54,085 nt of DNA, from the NCBI GenBank assembly GCA_007132345.1, contig SLOV01000087.1, positions 1 through 54,085 of the forward strand, given 5' to 3'. Below the pieces are notes generated by a model. The model was not told where the DNA came from, made no database searches, and worked only from the letters and a program-made list of their open reading frames with translations. This document shows positions 35,461-45,615 of the stretch, one piece after another. The translations under genes were made by a program, and so were the position numbers. Numbering within the stretch: position 1 is the stretch's first letter; every line of letters begins with the position of its first letter. The stretch comes from Kiritimatiellia bacterium (GTDB lineage: Bacteria; Verrucomicrobiota; Kiritimatiellia; SLOV01).

Positions 35461-35964
35461 ATGCCGGCCTCATCTCCAGCCCCCATCCGCATCGGTGTGC
35501 TCGGCCCGAACCGCTGCGGAGCCGAAGAAGCCGCGGAGGGCTATGCAGTCGGTGCGGAGATCGCTCGGCGCGGGGCGATTCTCGTCTGCGGCGGTCTCGA
35601 CGGCATGATGCAGGCTGCGGCGCGCGGCGCGCGCGAGGCGGGCGGGTGTACGATCGGGTTTCTCCCCGGCGACGATGCGGCCGCCGCGAACCCTTTCGTA
35701 GAGATTCCGTTGCCGACCGGGCTCGGCCCGTTTCGGAATATGATCCTCGTCCAAAGCTGCACGGCGGTCATCGCGGTGCATGGCGAATATGGAACGCTCT
35801 CCGAAATTGCCTTTGCTTTGCGGCTCGGCATTCCGGTGGTCGGCTTGCACACCTGGCGCCTCTTTCGCGGGGACCGGGAGGATCCAGGCATTCACGTGGC
35901 CAGCACACCGGAGGAAGCGGTAGCCCTGGCGTGGCAACGGATCGGCGCGAGACCTCAGACATGA
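35461..35964 (+). CDS. TIGR00725-like (LOG/SLOG Rossmann-fold) protein
   Basis: IGVLGPN..., GGLDGMMQAAARGA..GG..IG.LP and HGEYGTLSEIA patterns. 167 aa. Confidence 0.6.
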   Translation: MPASSPAPIRIGVLGPNRCGAEEAAEGYAVGAEIARRGAILVCGGLDGMMQAAARGAREAGGCTIGFLPGDDAAAANPFVEIPLPTGLGPFRNMILVQSCTAVIAVHGEYGTLSEIAFALRLGIPVVGLHTWRLFRGDREDPGIHVASTPEEAVALAWQRIGARPQT

Positions 35965-36572
35965 ACGACAGAATCGACAATGGACCTGCGCTTCTGCTCG
36001 AGGCCGCTGCGTTTGCCGCCGAGCGACACACCGCGCAGCGCCGCAAGGCTCCCAAGGACACCCCGTATGTCAATCACCCGATCCAGGTCGCGGCCCTGCT
36101 CGCCGTCCGCGGCCAGATCCGTGATCCCGAATGGCTGGCGGCTGCATTGCTGCACGACACGATCGAAGACACCGCCACGACCGGCGACGAAATCGAAAAG
36201 CGATTCGGGCGTGCGGTACGCCTGTTGGTCGAAGAAGTGACCGACGACAAGTCCTTACCCAAGGCTGAACGGAAACAGCGGCGCATCGAAATGGCGCCCC
36301 GCATGTCCGAGGCGGCACGTCAGTTGAAGCTCGCCGACATGGCCTGCAACCTCGCCGATATGGCCAGGCACCCGCCGCCCGACTGGTCCGAGGCGCGCAT
36401 GACCCGCTATGCCGCCTGGGCCGAAGCCGTTGCCGAGGGCTGCCAGGGAGTAAACCCGGGCCTTGAGGCCGCTTTTCAAGAAAGCCTTATCAAAGTGCGC
36501 CGAACACTGAACCCCGAACACCTGCCCGCATCCTCCTTTCCCTCATTTGACACCCCTACACCTGCGTGTTAG
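35961..36572 (+). CDS. HD-domain protein, small (p)ppGpp hydrolase (Mesh1/SAH-like)
   Basis: Its ATG overlaps the upstream stop (ATGA). YVNHPIQVA...ALLHDTIEDT HD motif, followed by VTDDKSLPKAERK as in RelA/SpoT-type hydrolase domains. Confidence 0.65.
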   Translation: MNDRIDNGPALLLEAAAFAAERHTAQRRKAPKDTPYVNHPIQVAALLAVRGQIRDPEWLAAALLHDTIEDTATTGDEIEKRFGRAVRLLVEEVTDDKSLPKAERKQRRIEMAPRMSEAARQLKLADMACNLADMARHPPPDWSEARMTRYAAWAEAVAEGCQGVNPGLEAAFQESLIKVRRTLNPEHLPASSFPSFDTPTPAC

Positions 36573-36645
36573 CTTCATCTTGTTTGCGGGTCTTACGGGT
36601 TCGGGGAGGCATCCTCCCGGCAGTAGTCAGGATGGTGATCGATAC

Positions 36646-37008
36646 ATGACGTTCATAGACGAAAGCCTCACGGCGCCACAAAAACCAGTTTATGTCTTTC
36701 ACGGCGACGGACAGGCCCTTCCCCAACCCAATAGTTTCAGATTGTGCCCGCTGGGTATCCAGATTTATAACCGCCGCGAAGTGCCGCTCTACGAACTCAT
36801 GGAGTTCACCATGGAGATTCCCATGAACGGCACGGAACCGGAACAGTTCACCTGTACCTGCCTCGTGGTGAATTGCCAGTTCGAGGAGGAGTCGGGCCTA
36901 TACCGGCTCTGGATGAAGTTTCTGGATATGCCCGAATCTCTCTGCGGCAAAATCCATCAGATCACCAAGACGTCGAAATACCTATGTCCCTTCTGCGCGA
37001 ACTTTTAG
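36646..37008 (+). CDS. Hypothetical small Cys-containing protein (possibly a degenerate PilZ-like beta-barrel)
   Basis: 120 aa starting at ATG 36646. It overlaps the pilT start by 25 nt. No RxxxR / DxSxxG c-di-GMP motifs were seen. Ends in CPFCANF. Confidence 0.4.
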   Translation: MTFIDESLTAPQKPVYVFHGDGQALPQPNSFRLCPLGIQIYNRREVPLYELMEFTMEIPMNGTEPEQFTCTCLVVNCQFEEESGLYRLWMKFLDMPESLCGKIHQITKTSKYLCPFCANF

Positions 37009-38072
37009 AGTACGGCGTTAATAACAGCGCCTCCGACATTCATCTCAAGACGAACTACCCGCCGGCATTCCGGGTTCATGGCACCCTCAAGCCGGTGGGC
37101 CAGCGGAAAATATCGCTGGAGGAGATGAACCAGGTCATCGACGAGATGTTGCCGCCGCACATCAAGGAACGCTATCTGGCCGAGAACGAAGCTGACCTCT
37201 CCCACGACGAGCCAGGGGTCGGCCGGTTCCGCGTGAACGTCTTTCACAGCCACGGCCTTCCCACAATTGCGGCGCGGCACGTCAAGACCTTGATTCCCAC
37301 CTTCGACGACCTCAACCTGCCGCCGCAGCTCTGCGACCTGGCATTGGCGCCGAACGGCATCATCCTGGTCTGCGGCACGACGGGGAGCGGAAAATCGACC
37401 ACGCTCGCGGCCCTCATCAATCACATGAATGAGACGATGAAGCGCCGCATCATCACGGTCGAGGATCCGATCGAATACGTCTTCGAGGACAAACAGTGCA
37501 TCATCAGCCAGCGCGAAGTCGGGCTGGACACCCACTCCTTTAAGAGTGCCCTGAAACACGTATTGCGACAGGACCCGGACGTGATCCTGATTGGCGAGAT
37601 GCGCGACTCGGAGAGTTTTATGGCCGCACTTGCCGCCGCGGAGACCGGCCACTTGTTCATGAGCACGCTGCACACCGGCAATGCCAGCCAGTCCATCAAC
37701 CGGATTCTCGATTTCTTCCCGGCCAGCGAGCGGGAGCAGATTCGGATGAGCCTCGCCGCCAATATCCGTGCCGTCATCTGTCAGCGCCTGATTCCCGCGG
37801 TCGGTGGCGGCGTGGTTCCGGCGCTGGAAATCATGGTGAACAACGGCACGGTCCGGAAACTCATCGAAAAGAACAATCTCGAACTGCTCGGCGCAGCCGT
37901 GGAGACCGGTGCCGAAGACGGCATGCAGACGTTCACGCAGTGTATCTACCATCTGATCCACGAGGGTATCATTACCGAGGAAGACGGCATCACCCGCTGC
38001 GATAATCCGGAGACCCTCAAGATGAACTTGAAGGGGATCTTCCTGAACGAATCGCGCCGCATCCTGGGGTGA
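36984..38072 (+). CDS. pilT: Type IV pilus retraction ATPase PilT/PilU family
   Basis: MSLLRELLEYGVNNSASDIHL; Walker A GTTGSGKSTT; Asp box, Walker B LIGEMRD; His box TLHT. 362 aa. Confidence 0.85.
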   Translation: MSLLRELLEYGVNNSASDIHLKTNYPPAFRVHGTLKPVGQRKISLEEMNQVIDEMLPPHIKERYLAENEADLSHDEPGVGRFRVNVFHSHGLPTIAARHVKTLIPTFDDLNLPPQLCDLALAPNGIILVCGTTGSGKSTTLAALINHMNETMKRRIITVEDPIEYVFEDKQCIISQREVGLDTHSFKSALKHVLRQDPDVILIGEMRDSESFMAALAAAETGHLFMSTLHTGNASQSINRILDFFPASEREQIRMSLAANIRAVICQRLIPAVGGGVVPALEIMVNNGTVRKLIEKNNLELLGAAVETGAEDGMQTFTQCIYHLIHEGIITEEDGITRCDNPETLKMNLKGIFLNESRRILG

Positions 38073-38097
38073 TCGATCGCCGCCCTGTGCCTCGCCG

Positions 38098-39324
38098 CTA
38101 TTTCTCGATCGAGATCTTGATGTTCTTCCGGATGAATGTGGGCACATCCAGGTCCTGCCCACGATAAAGAGTGGGTTCCACCCCCTTGAAGCGGCCTTTG
38201 CCACGGCCTTCCAGATCGAAGCGACCCTGCTCAATACGCGGGCCTCGACTGCGCCGTTTCCGCTCGCGCCGCCCCGCCGTCCGCCCTTCCGCTGATGCCT
38301 CGCCGGCCTCCGTCGGCGCGGCCTCCGTTTCGCCCTCTTCCGCCGGCAACCATTCCTCGGCGGAGAGAATCGTCACATAGACCTCGTTCGCCATGCTTTT
38401 TTCAGTCGTAACCCCCATCACAATGTCGCACCCGTCCCGGGCCAGCCCTTTCAATTGCGTCATAATGCCCTGCACCTCAGCAATGCGCAGGTCTTCCCCA
38501 CCGAGAATATTGACCAGCATGCCGCTGCACTTGGCGAGATGCGCACCGCGGTCGGTCAGCGCGTTACTCAACAACTCCTGCATGGCCTGCTCCACGCGCA
38601 GCGGCCCTTCGCCTGCACCGTATCCGAACGAACACGTGCCATCCGTATGCTCGATGATCCGGCGCAGATCGGAGAAGCCGACGTTAATGAGACCGGGCGA
38701 GGTGACCAACTTCCAGAGCGCACGGACACCCACGCCCACCATGTGATCCGACTGTGCAAAACTCTGCACAAACGTCTCTGCCCGGTTCTCGTCCTCCAGC
38801 AACCGATCGTTCGGCAGCACCACCAGGGCATCGGACCGCTCGCGCAGATCGCGCAGTCCCAGGCGCGCCTGCTTCTGTCGCTGTTCGCCCTCGAACGAAA
38901 AAGGAAGCGCGGCAAAAACGACCACGAGCGCGCCCATCTCTTTGGCCGCCTCGGCCAGCAACGGTGCGGCCCCGGTGCCGGTGCCGCCGCCCAGCGTCAC
39001 CACCAGAAAAAGGACATCCGTGCAGCTCAGCCGGTCGCGCAGCCGGTCCACGTTTTCCTCCAGCGCCATGCGCCCCGCCGCCAGGTCGCCACCCGCACCT
39101 TTGCCCTTGGCCGAAGACTCGCCAACCAGCAGCGTTTCCGGCAGGGAACAGGCCTCCAGCGCTTGTCGATCCGAATCGATCCCGAGCGTCTGTGGGCCAT
39201 CCAGCCAGAAACGCGTCATCCGCATCAACGCGTGGCAGCCGCCGCCACCGATGCCCGCAAGCAGCACCTCGGGGCGTTCGGGGGTAAGCGGGGAGAGTTG
39301 GTCGCCGATCGCAAAAGGGTCCAC
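38098..39324 (-). CDS. ftsZ: Cell division GTPase FtsZ
   Basis: GIGGGGCHALMRM and GGGTGTGAAP tubulin signatures. C-terminal DLDVPTFIRK peptide. The start is set at GTG 39324, 2 nt after the ftsA stop; the longer ORF-track start would overlap ftsA. Confidence 0.85.
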   Translation of the reverse strand: MDPFAIGDQLSPLTPERPEVLLAGIGGGGCHALMRMTRFWLDGPQTLGIDSDRQALEACSLPETLLVGESSAKGKGAGGDLAAGRMALEENVDRLRDRLSCTDVLFLVVTLGGGTGTGAAPLLAEAAKEMGALVVVFAALPFSFEGEQRQKQARLGLRDLRERSDALVVLPNDRLLEDENRAETFVQSFAQSDHMVGVGVRALWKLVTSPGLINVGFSDLRRIIEHTDGTCSFGYGAGEGPLRVEQAMQELLSNALTDRGAHLAKCSGMLVNILGGEDLRIAEVQGIMTQLKGLARDGCDIVMGVTTEKSMANEVYVTILSAEEWLPAEEGETEAAPTEAGEASAEGRTAGRRERKRRSRGPRIEQGRFDLEGRGKGRFKGVEPTLYRGQDLDVPTFIRKNIKISIEK

Positions 39325-39326
39325 GT

Positions 39327-40535
39327 CTACCTGCCTTTGAAGATGGCGCGAAACATATCGCGCAGACTGCCTGCGGACTGCGCGGAGCGCTGCATGGCGG
39401 AAATCGCATAGCGCACCATGCCTGCCGTGGCTGCATACTCGGGGCCGGACGAGACCGCGGCGGACCCGCTGAACTGGCGCGGCTTGCCGATCCGGCAGAC
39501 AGTGTCGAAGAGCCGACCGGTCAGCCGATCGATATCGCTCAGGCGCGCACCGCCGCCACAAATCACAATGCCAGCGCCAAGATGATGCAGCAGGTCCTGC
39601 TGCACCAGTTCGTCGCGGATCATGCAGAGAATCTCTTCCACGCGCAAATGCGCGATCGTGCGCAGGTCGTGCAACGAGACAAATCGATCGCCGCCCCCCA
39701 CATCGGATGGCACGGCTACCTTCTGACCGCGCAACGAGTAGTCGGCCTGGGCACTTCCATATAACTCCTTCACCTGCTCCGCCTCCGAGAGGGTCAACCC
39801 GAGCCCCGTGGCGATGTCGTTGGTGACGTGATCCCCGCCCAGGGCAAGCGAACCCGCCCAGGCAATGGAGCCTTGTGCATAGACCAGGTAATCGGTCGTG
39901 CCGCCGCCGAAATCGATGACCAGCACACCGCGCTCTTTTAAGGTGGGGCTCAGCACGGCCAGCGCCGAACAGAGACCGCCGAACGCCACGTCGTACACCT
40001 CCAGCGGCACACTACGCACAACTTTCACGGTATTGCGCAGGCGCCCACGCAGGCCGTGCAGAATCAGCATATCCACCGAGAGCTTGGCGCCCTCCATGCC
40101 TTCCGGGTTCAGCACGCTGTGGTGCTCGTCGATCAGATAGCGCTGCGTGATCGTATGCATCACCGCGCGGTCATTCGCGAGGCTGCACGCGCGGGCCGTG
40201 TCCATCGCATGCTCCATGTCCTCGTCGGTAATCTCGCGGTCCGGTTGCAGCACGGGAATTCCGCCGCGGTTCACCAACGCCTCGATGTGCCCACCTGTCA
40301 CGACCAGGTGCACTTCGGAGATGCTCACCTGCGAGCTCTCCTCCGCGGCCCGCAATGCGCTCTTCACGCAGGCCACCGCCATTTCCAGGTCGACCACCTC
40401 CGCCTTGCGGATTCCGCGCGAAGGCACTTCGCCCAGCCCGGTGATCATGATCTGCCCGTCTTCACGGGTCTCGCCCACCAGCACACGAACCTTGCTGGTT
40501 CCAATTTCGAGAGCGACGACAGGAGGCAGATTCAT
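39327..40535 (-). CDS. ftsA: Cell division protein FtsA
   Basis: Actin-fold motifs: LEIGTSKVRVLVGE, VIDFGGGTTD, GIVICGGGA. 402 aa, between ftsQ and ftsZ. Confidence 0.85.
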   Translation of the reverse strand: MNLPPVVALEIGTSKVRVLVGETREDGQIMITGLGEVPSRGIRKAEVVDLEMAVACVKSALRAAEESSQVSISEVHLVVTGGHIEALVNRGGIPVLQPDREITDEDMEHAMDTARACSLANDRAVMHTITQRYLIDEHHSVLNPEGMEGAKLSVDMLILHGLRGRLRNTVKVVRSVPLEVYDVAFGGLCSALAVLSPTLKERGVLVIDFGGGTTDYLVYAQGSIAWAGSLALGGDHVTNDIATGLGLTLSEAEQVKELYGSAQADYSLRGQKVAVPSDVGGGDRFVSLHDLRTIAHLRVEEILCMIRDELVQQDLLHHLGAGIVICGGGARLSDIDRLTGRLFDTVCRIGKPRQFSGSAAVSSGPEYAATAGMVRYAISAMQRSAQSAGSLRDMFRAIFKGR

Positions 40536-40550
40536 GGCGGACCGAAACGA

Positions 40551-41459
40551 TCAGGATTGCGGAATGAAAGGGATATTGCGGTCAACCGTCAGGTTCACGG
40601 TCTTGAGTCGTTCGCCCCGCGCGGCGGCGTCTTCGAGAATACTCGCAAGCTTGGCCAGGCGTTCCTTCATGTTCTCGGGGCCAAACATAACATATTCGCC
40701 GGAATGCAGTTCGAGCTGCAAGTAGTCGGGGTGCCCCACGCCAATGGTCTCGACGCGGATCCACTTGGCCAGCTCATTGGAACTGTCGCAGAGATAGAGC
40801 AGACGCAACGCCTCAATCGCCATGGGGTCCATCAAGCGCCCCTGCGCGCGCGGCGCACTGGGATCGAGGCCGATGATGCGCGGCAGTCCGGCGGAGGTCG
40901 TGCCGCTGCGCCCCACCAGGTAACCCTCGCGGTCTACATCGAAGGTGAAGGGCAGCGTGGCGGGGCCCAGCCGGGCGATCGGCACGCGACGGATCACGTG
41001 AATCGCCAACGTGTCGGGCAAGCGCCGCGTCACCACGGCATCCTGAACCGCAAACTGCTGGAGGATCGACTCGCGGACCGCGGCCAGATCGACGGCGAAG
41101 AGGTTCTGCCCTTCGCTCACCCGCACCCTCTCGCCCGTCGCGTCCCGATATTCGGCCCACTCCCGAATCAGCCGTTCGGGAATCACCCGCGAGTCAGCGG
41201 TGAAGTCCAGATGCCGGATCGTGAAGCGCTCGTTCTCCGTGAAGGCGTGCCGCCCCACCACCCGCGCGGCCTGCGCCGTCAACCATGTACCGCCCGCCAA
41301 GGCCAGGGTGATCACCGTGACCGCGACGAAGCGATGAGCACGGTCGCGCCGCTGCTCCGCAAGGCGGGCATTCACCATCAAGACGGACTTTCGACCGCGT
41401 GAAGTGCGCCGATTTCTCTTCGTATTCTTGAATTTTACAAACGGGTCATCATACCACAT
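40551..41459 (-). CDS. ftsQ: Cell division protein FtsQ (POTRA domain)
   Basis: Basic N-terminus, a single TM, then a POTRA-like segment (FTIRHLDFT...). Its position between ddl and ftsA fits. Confidence 0.7.
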   Translation of the reverse strand: MWYDDPFVKFKNTKRNRRTSRGRKSVLMVNARLAEQRRDRAHRFVAVTVITLALAGGTWLTAQAARVVGRHAFTENERFTIRHLDFTADSRVIPERLIREWAEYRDATGERVRVSEGQNLFAVDLAAVRESILQQFAVQDAVVTRRLPDTLAIHVIRRVPIARLGPATLPFTFDVDREGYLVGRSGTTSAGLPRIIGLDPSAPRAQGRLMDPMAIEALRLLYLCDSSNELAKWIRVETIGVGHPDYLQLELHSGEYVMFGPENMKERLAKLASILEDAAARGERLKTVNLTVDRNIPFIPQS

Positions 41460-41571
41460 CTAGGGAACCTTGATTCTTAAAACCACAATATACAGTTTCT
41501 ATAGCCAGACCGCCCCCGTTCTGGCGAGCACAAAATTCTTGAAGCACCGGACAGTTCCGCTTCGGCCCGGA

Positions 41572-42459
41572 TTATAGAGAGGCTGTCTCCAGGATGTCAC
41601 GACAAAGGGAGGGAAAATCGAGGCCGTCGGCGCGGGCCGCCTTGGGGAGCAGGCTGGTTTCAGTGAAACCAGGAATGCTGTTCAGTTCCAGCACGAAGAG
41701 ATGGCCATGGGCATCGAGTCGAAAGTCAACACGAGCCAGGCCCCGGCAGCCGAGGCAGTCGAAGACGGCCCGCGCCAGACGCTGCGCGTCCACGCGGACA
41801 GCGTCGGAGACTGGCGCGGGCACCAGATACTCGGTCAACCCGGTGGTGTACTTGGCGCGATAATCGTAGTTTCCGCCGGGCGCCCGAATCTCGAGCACCG
41901 GCAGGATGCGCTCCACCACCACGCCCACGGTCAATTCCCGCCCGGCGATGTACGCCTCCACGAGCACCTCGTCGTCATACCGCAGGGCATCCTCCATGCA
42001 ATCCTCCCACTCTGACTCGGTCTCGACACGATGAATGCCGATGCTGGAGCCCTGGCGCGAGGGTTTCACGACAACAGGTAACGGCAGGCTTCGCCGCCCG
42101 CCCCGTGTCACGACCTCGAACGCCGGGGTTGGAATGCCCGCCTCGGCGAACCGCTCTTTGCTTCGAATTTTGTCGAACGCCAGTCGGCTCGCCGCTTCGT
42201 CGGCGCCGGTGAAGGGAATGCCCAGCTCCACGAGCTGGCGCTGCACGCCGCCGTCTTCGCCAAACGTGCCGTGCAGTGCAATGAAGACCGCCTCAATGCC
42301 CGGCGGCAACTCGAGGCGCGTGTCCGTCACGTCCACCTCCACAACTTCATAGCCCGCCGTGCGCAGACCGGTCGCGACCGCGGCACCGGACCGCAAAGAA
42401 ACGTCGCGCTCCGCGGAGGGACCTCCCATCAAAACCCCCACTCGCTTAAACCGCCTCAC
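41572..42459 (-). CDS. ddl: D-alanine--D-alanine ligase
   Basis: VGVLMGGPSAERDVSLRSG, HGTFGEDG and ELNSIPG motifs. The start is set at GTG 42459, overlapping the murC end by 14 nt. Confidence 0.85.
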   Translation of the reverse strand: MRRFKRVGVLMGGPSAERDVSLRSGAAVATGLRTAGYEVVEVDVTDTRLELPPGIEAVFIALHGTFGEDGGVQRQLVELGIPFTGADEAASRLAFDKIRSKERFAEAGIPTPAFEVVTRGGRRSLPLPVVVKPSRQGSSIGIHRVETESEWEDCMEDALRYDDEVLVEAYIAGRELTVGVVVERILPVLEIRAPGGNYDYRAKYTTGLTEYLVPAPVSDAVRVDAQRLARAVFDCLGCRGLARVDFRLDAHGHLFVLELNSIPGFTETSLLPKAARADGLDFPSLCRDILETASL

Positions 42460-43888
42460 TACCCACCTCCTTATTGCCGGCAACGGACCACCGCTCCCGC
42501 GCCCGCTGGGCCAGGCTCTCGACATCGCCGGCGCCGAGCACCAGCAGCATATCGCCGTCGCGGAGCGAAGCAAGTGCCCGCTCCCAGGCATCGTCCAGGT
42601 CCTCCGCCAACTCCACCGGCACATGACGCCGCGGATCGAACCGAGCCATCAGATCGCGGGAGGTGCCCCCCGCCACGGGCGCCTCGGAGGCGGCATAGAC
42701 CGGGGCAAGAACAAGATGCGCCAGCCCATCGAAGCTGGAAGGAAACTCGCCGGCCAAGGTGCGGGTGCGTGTGTAGCGGTGGGGCTGATAGATGGCAACC
42801 AGTCGCCGCCCGCGCCGCCGCGCGGCATCGAGCACGGCGCGAATCTCGGTGGGATGATGGGCGTAATCGGAAATCACGGCGATGCGCGGACTGTCCACGA
42901 CGATCTCGTAGCGGCGGCGCACACTGCGAAAGCGCGGCAGCGCCTCGGCCAACGCCTCGGGGGCGGCTCCACACTCGAGCGATATCCCCACGGCCGCTGC
43001 CGCATTCCAGACGTTATGCACGCCGGGCAGCGGCACGCGCAGGCGTTGCACCGGGCCGCCGCGGGGGGCGAACTCGAAATCGGAGCCTTCGGCATCGCTC
43101 CAGACACGACCAATATAAAGGTCTGCCCCTTTTTCGGCGCCGAGGCAGAGCAGACGCGGCGCAAGCGCACCGATCTCGCGGGCCACGGCGTCGTCGCTCC
43201 GCACCACCAGCAGGCGGCGCGTGGCCGACGCGAATTGCTCGAAACAGGCGCGGAACGCCGCCTCGTCCGGGAAATGGTCCATGTGGTCGAACTCGATATT
43301 CGTCACCAGCCCGATCTCGGGGCGGTAGCGGGACAAGGTGCCATCGCTCTCGTCCGCCTCGGCCACGAACCAGGTTCCGCTCCCTGCACGGGCCACAGCG
43401 CCGGTATCGTCCAACTCGCCGCCAATGCAACCCGACGGGCCCAGGCCAGCCTCCTGCATCAGGTGCAGCAGAAGGGCGCTGGTGGTGGTCTTGCCGTGGG
43501 TTCCAGCAACGGCGATGCCGCGGTAGGCGTCGAGCAGCGCGGGCAGAACGAAACCGCGCGGCAAAACGGGGATGCCACGCGCGCGGGCCGTACGCACCTC
43601 CTCATTGGTATCGCCAACCGCCGGCGTACGAATCACCCATTCGGCTTCTTGGGGCAGCGCGACGGCGCCATGGCCGATGCGCACCGGAACCCCCTCGGTG
43701 CGCAGCCAGGCGGTCACGCGGCTTTCCACTGCGTCGGTACCGGTGACCCCGCGGCCACGTCGATGCAAATGCCACGCGAGGCCGGCCATACCGACGCCCC
43801 CGATGCCGACAAAGTGGACGGCCCCTGACGATGCCAGCAGCCGGGCCGCCATCGCCTCTTGCGCCTCTTCGCTAAACGACGGCCCCAT
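42446..43888 (-). CDS. murC: UDP-N-acetylmuramate--L-alanine ligase
   Basis: HFVGIGGVGMAGLA, GTHGKTTTS and DYAHHP motifs. The start is set at ATG 43888, just after the murG stop. Confidence 0.85.
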   Translation of the reverse strand: MGPSFSEEAQEAMAARLLASSGAVHFVGIGGVGMAGLAWHLHRRGRGVTGTDAVESRVTAWLRTEGVPVRIGHGAVALPQEAEWVIRTPAVGDTNEEVRTARARGIPVLPRGFVLPALLDAYRGIAVAGTHGKTTTSALLLHLMQEAGLGPSGCIGGELDDTGAVARAGSGTWFVAEADESDGTLSRYRPEIGLVTNIEFDHMDHFPDEAAFRACFEQFASATRRLLVVRSDDAVAREIGALAPRLLCLGAEKGADLYIGRVWSDAEGSDFEFAPRGGPVQRLRVPLPGVHNVWNAAAAVGISLECGAAPEALAEALPRFRSVRRRYEIVVDSPRIAVISDYAHHPTEIRAVLDAARRRGRRLVAIYQPHRYTRTRTLAGEFPSSFDGLAHLVLAPVYAASEAPVAGGTSRDLMARFDPRRHVPVELAEDLDDAWERALASLRDGDMLLVLGAGDVESLAQRARERWSVAGNKEVGSEAV

Positions 43889-43896
43889 ACCCGTGC

Positions 43897-45042
43897 TTAG
43901 TAGGCGACAGCCATCGGTTCGAACTCGCGGCGCCCCACCTCCACCACCAGGTCGGCGAGCGCCGACGCGCCCTGCCCAGCGGCCCGGCGGCGTGTTGCCG
44001 CACTCATGCGTTCGAGACGGTTCGGGGCGAGAATGCACTGCGCGATATAGTCCTTCAGCCAGTCATCGCTGAGGTCCTTTTCGGGCACGACATCGGCGGC
44101 GCCGACCTTCTCCATGGCGCGGGCGTTCGCGGTCTGGTGATCGTTCGCCGCGTGCGGATAAGGAATGAGCAGCGCGGGCACACCGAAGGCGGAGAGTTCC
44201 GCACAGGTCGAAGCGCCGGAGCGGCAGATGGCCAGATCGGCGGCGGCATAGATGGCGGCCATATCGCGTGTAAAGGCCAGCACCTCGGCCGAGACGCCGT
44301 GCGTGCGATAGTCGCCGCGCACCGTAATCTCGTCGGCGCGCCCTGTGAGATGGATGACCTGGAACTTGTGCCCCAGGCGGTGGCACTCGCAAACCGCGCG
44401 CGTCACGGTCTGATTGAGCGCATGCGCCCCACGGCTGCCGCCCATCACGAGCAAGGTCAGTTGGCCCGGATCCCGTTTCCCGTTGCGCCGTTGTGCGGCA
44501 GCCTCCGCCAAGTCGCGCCGCATCGGCATTCCCGTGACCACCAGCGGGCGTCCGCGCAGATAGAAGCGGGTCTCCTCGAAGCTGCCCGCCACCGTAACCG
44601 CCCAGCGGGAGAGCAGACCAATGGCCCGGCCCGGCAATACATTGGCCTCATGCAGAACCACCGGTATCTTGAGGCGCATGGCGGCATACGCGGGACCGAC
44701 GGAGGCGTAGCTGCCCATGCCGAGCATGACCTGCGGCAGGTTGCGGCGCATCAGATCCACGCACTTGCGCGCCGAGCCCATCAAGGTCCAGGCGGTCTTC
44801 AGAGATCGCGGCGAAACGCCGTGCATGAACCCCTCAGAGGGCACGGTGTGCACCGGGCCATCCCAACCGGAGACAGCCTCCGATTCGACATCTTTGCCGG
44901 CCAGCCACAGGTGCACCTCATGGCCACGCTCGCGGAGCACTTCCGCCGTGGCCAGGCCGGGGAAGATGTGGCCGCCCGTGCCTCCACACGCGAGTGCAAT
45001 TCTCAAGGGCGACTCATTCTGGTTGAGGGTCAATGGATCCAT
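43897..45042 (-). CDS. murG: UDP-N-acetylglucosamine--LPS/lipid I N-acetylglucosamine transferase MurG
   Basis: ACGGTGGHIFPGLA N-terminal motif and the C-terminal ICRSGASTCAELSAFGVPALLIPYP. Confidence 0.85.
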   Translation of the reverse strand: MDPLTLNQNESPLRIALACGGTGGHIFPGLATAEVLRERGHEVHLWLAGKDVESEAVSGWDGPVHTVPSEGFMHGVSPRSLKTAWTLMGSARKCVDLMRRNLPQVMLGMGSYASVGPAYAAMRLKIPVVLHEANVLPGRAIGLLSRWAVTVAGSFEETRFYLRGRPLVVTGMPMRRDLAEAAAQRRNGKRDPGQLTLLVMGGSRGAHALNQTVTRAVCECHRLGHKFQVIHLTGRADEITVRGDYRTHGVSAEVLAFTRDMAAIYAAADLAICRSGASTCAELSAFGVPALLIPYPHAANDHQTANARAMEKVGAADVVPEKDLSDDWLKDYIAQCILAPNRLERMSAATRRRAAGQGASALADLVVEVGRREFEPMAVAY

Positions 45043-45117
45043 GATGCCCCACCATTCTTGACCCCCACCGGTGGAAACACAAGCCGGAGTTATTCACAGG
45101 CCGCTGCCGGGCGCTAT

Positions 45118-45591
45118 TTATCGGAAGCTGTAGACGAGCAGCGCCGCAATAGCGCAGAGCAGCAGAAAGAAGAGCAGCCGGTTGCGGAAAACCTGCTCCT
45201 GGCGGCGGTCCCGCAATAGTGGGCGGTCGTGACGGCGGGAGAGCATGGAGACAGGACCGTGTTGCACGCGCAACGGGCGCGCCGTGCCGCAATGCTGGAC
45301 GCCATAACTGGCCCAGGGCACGGAGCGGCTGCGGGCCGAACGTGGGGCGGAATCGTCGGGAAGCAGGGGCAGGGTCCCGCCTGCTGAGGATGCAAGATCG
45401 GCCGTGAGATCGCCACGCAGGGTGGTCACTTCCCCGCGCGTCCCCGGCTGCAACATGCGCGGCGGTTCCGCGTCGCGGTCCCGGCCCGGTAGATCGTTCC
45501 CGGAGAGCAAGCGCAACTTGCCGTCTACACGGCGCGTCTTACGCTCCGATTTGCGTGATTGTCGATTCATGGCCCGCCGCCGTTGTTTCAA
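45118..45591 (-). CDS. Hypothetical basic, tail-anchored membrane protein
   Basis: 157-aa ORF (alternative Met at 45570). Arg-rich, with a single C-terminal TM LLFFLLLCAIAALLVY. No motif recognised. Confidence 0.4.
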   Translation of the reverse strand: MKQRRRAMNRQSRKSERKTRRVDGKLRLLSGNDLPGRDRDAEPPRMLQPGTRGEVTTLRGDLTADLASSAGGTLPLLPDDSAPRSARSRSVPWASYGVQHCGTARPLRVQHGPVSMLSRRHDRPLLRDRRQEQVFRNRLLFFLLLCAIAALLVYSFR

Positions 45592-45615
45592 CCCGTTGGT
45601 GTCGTCTGCATCCGG

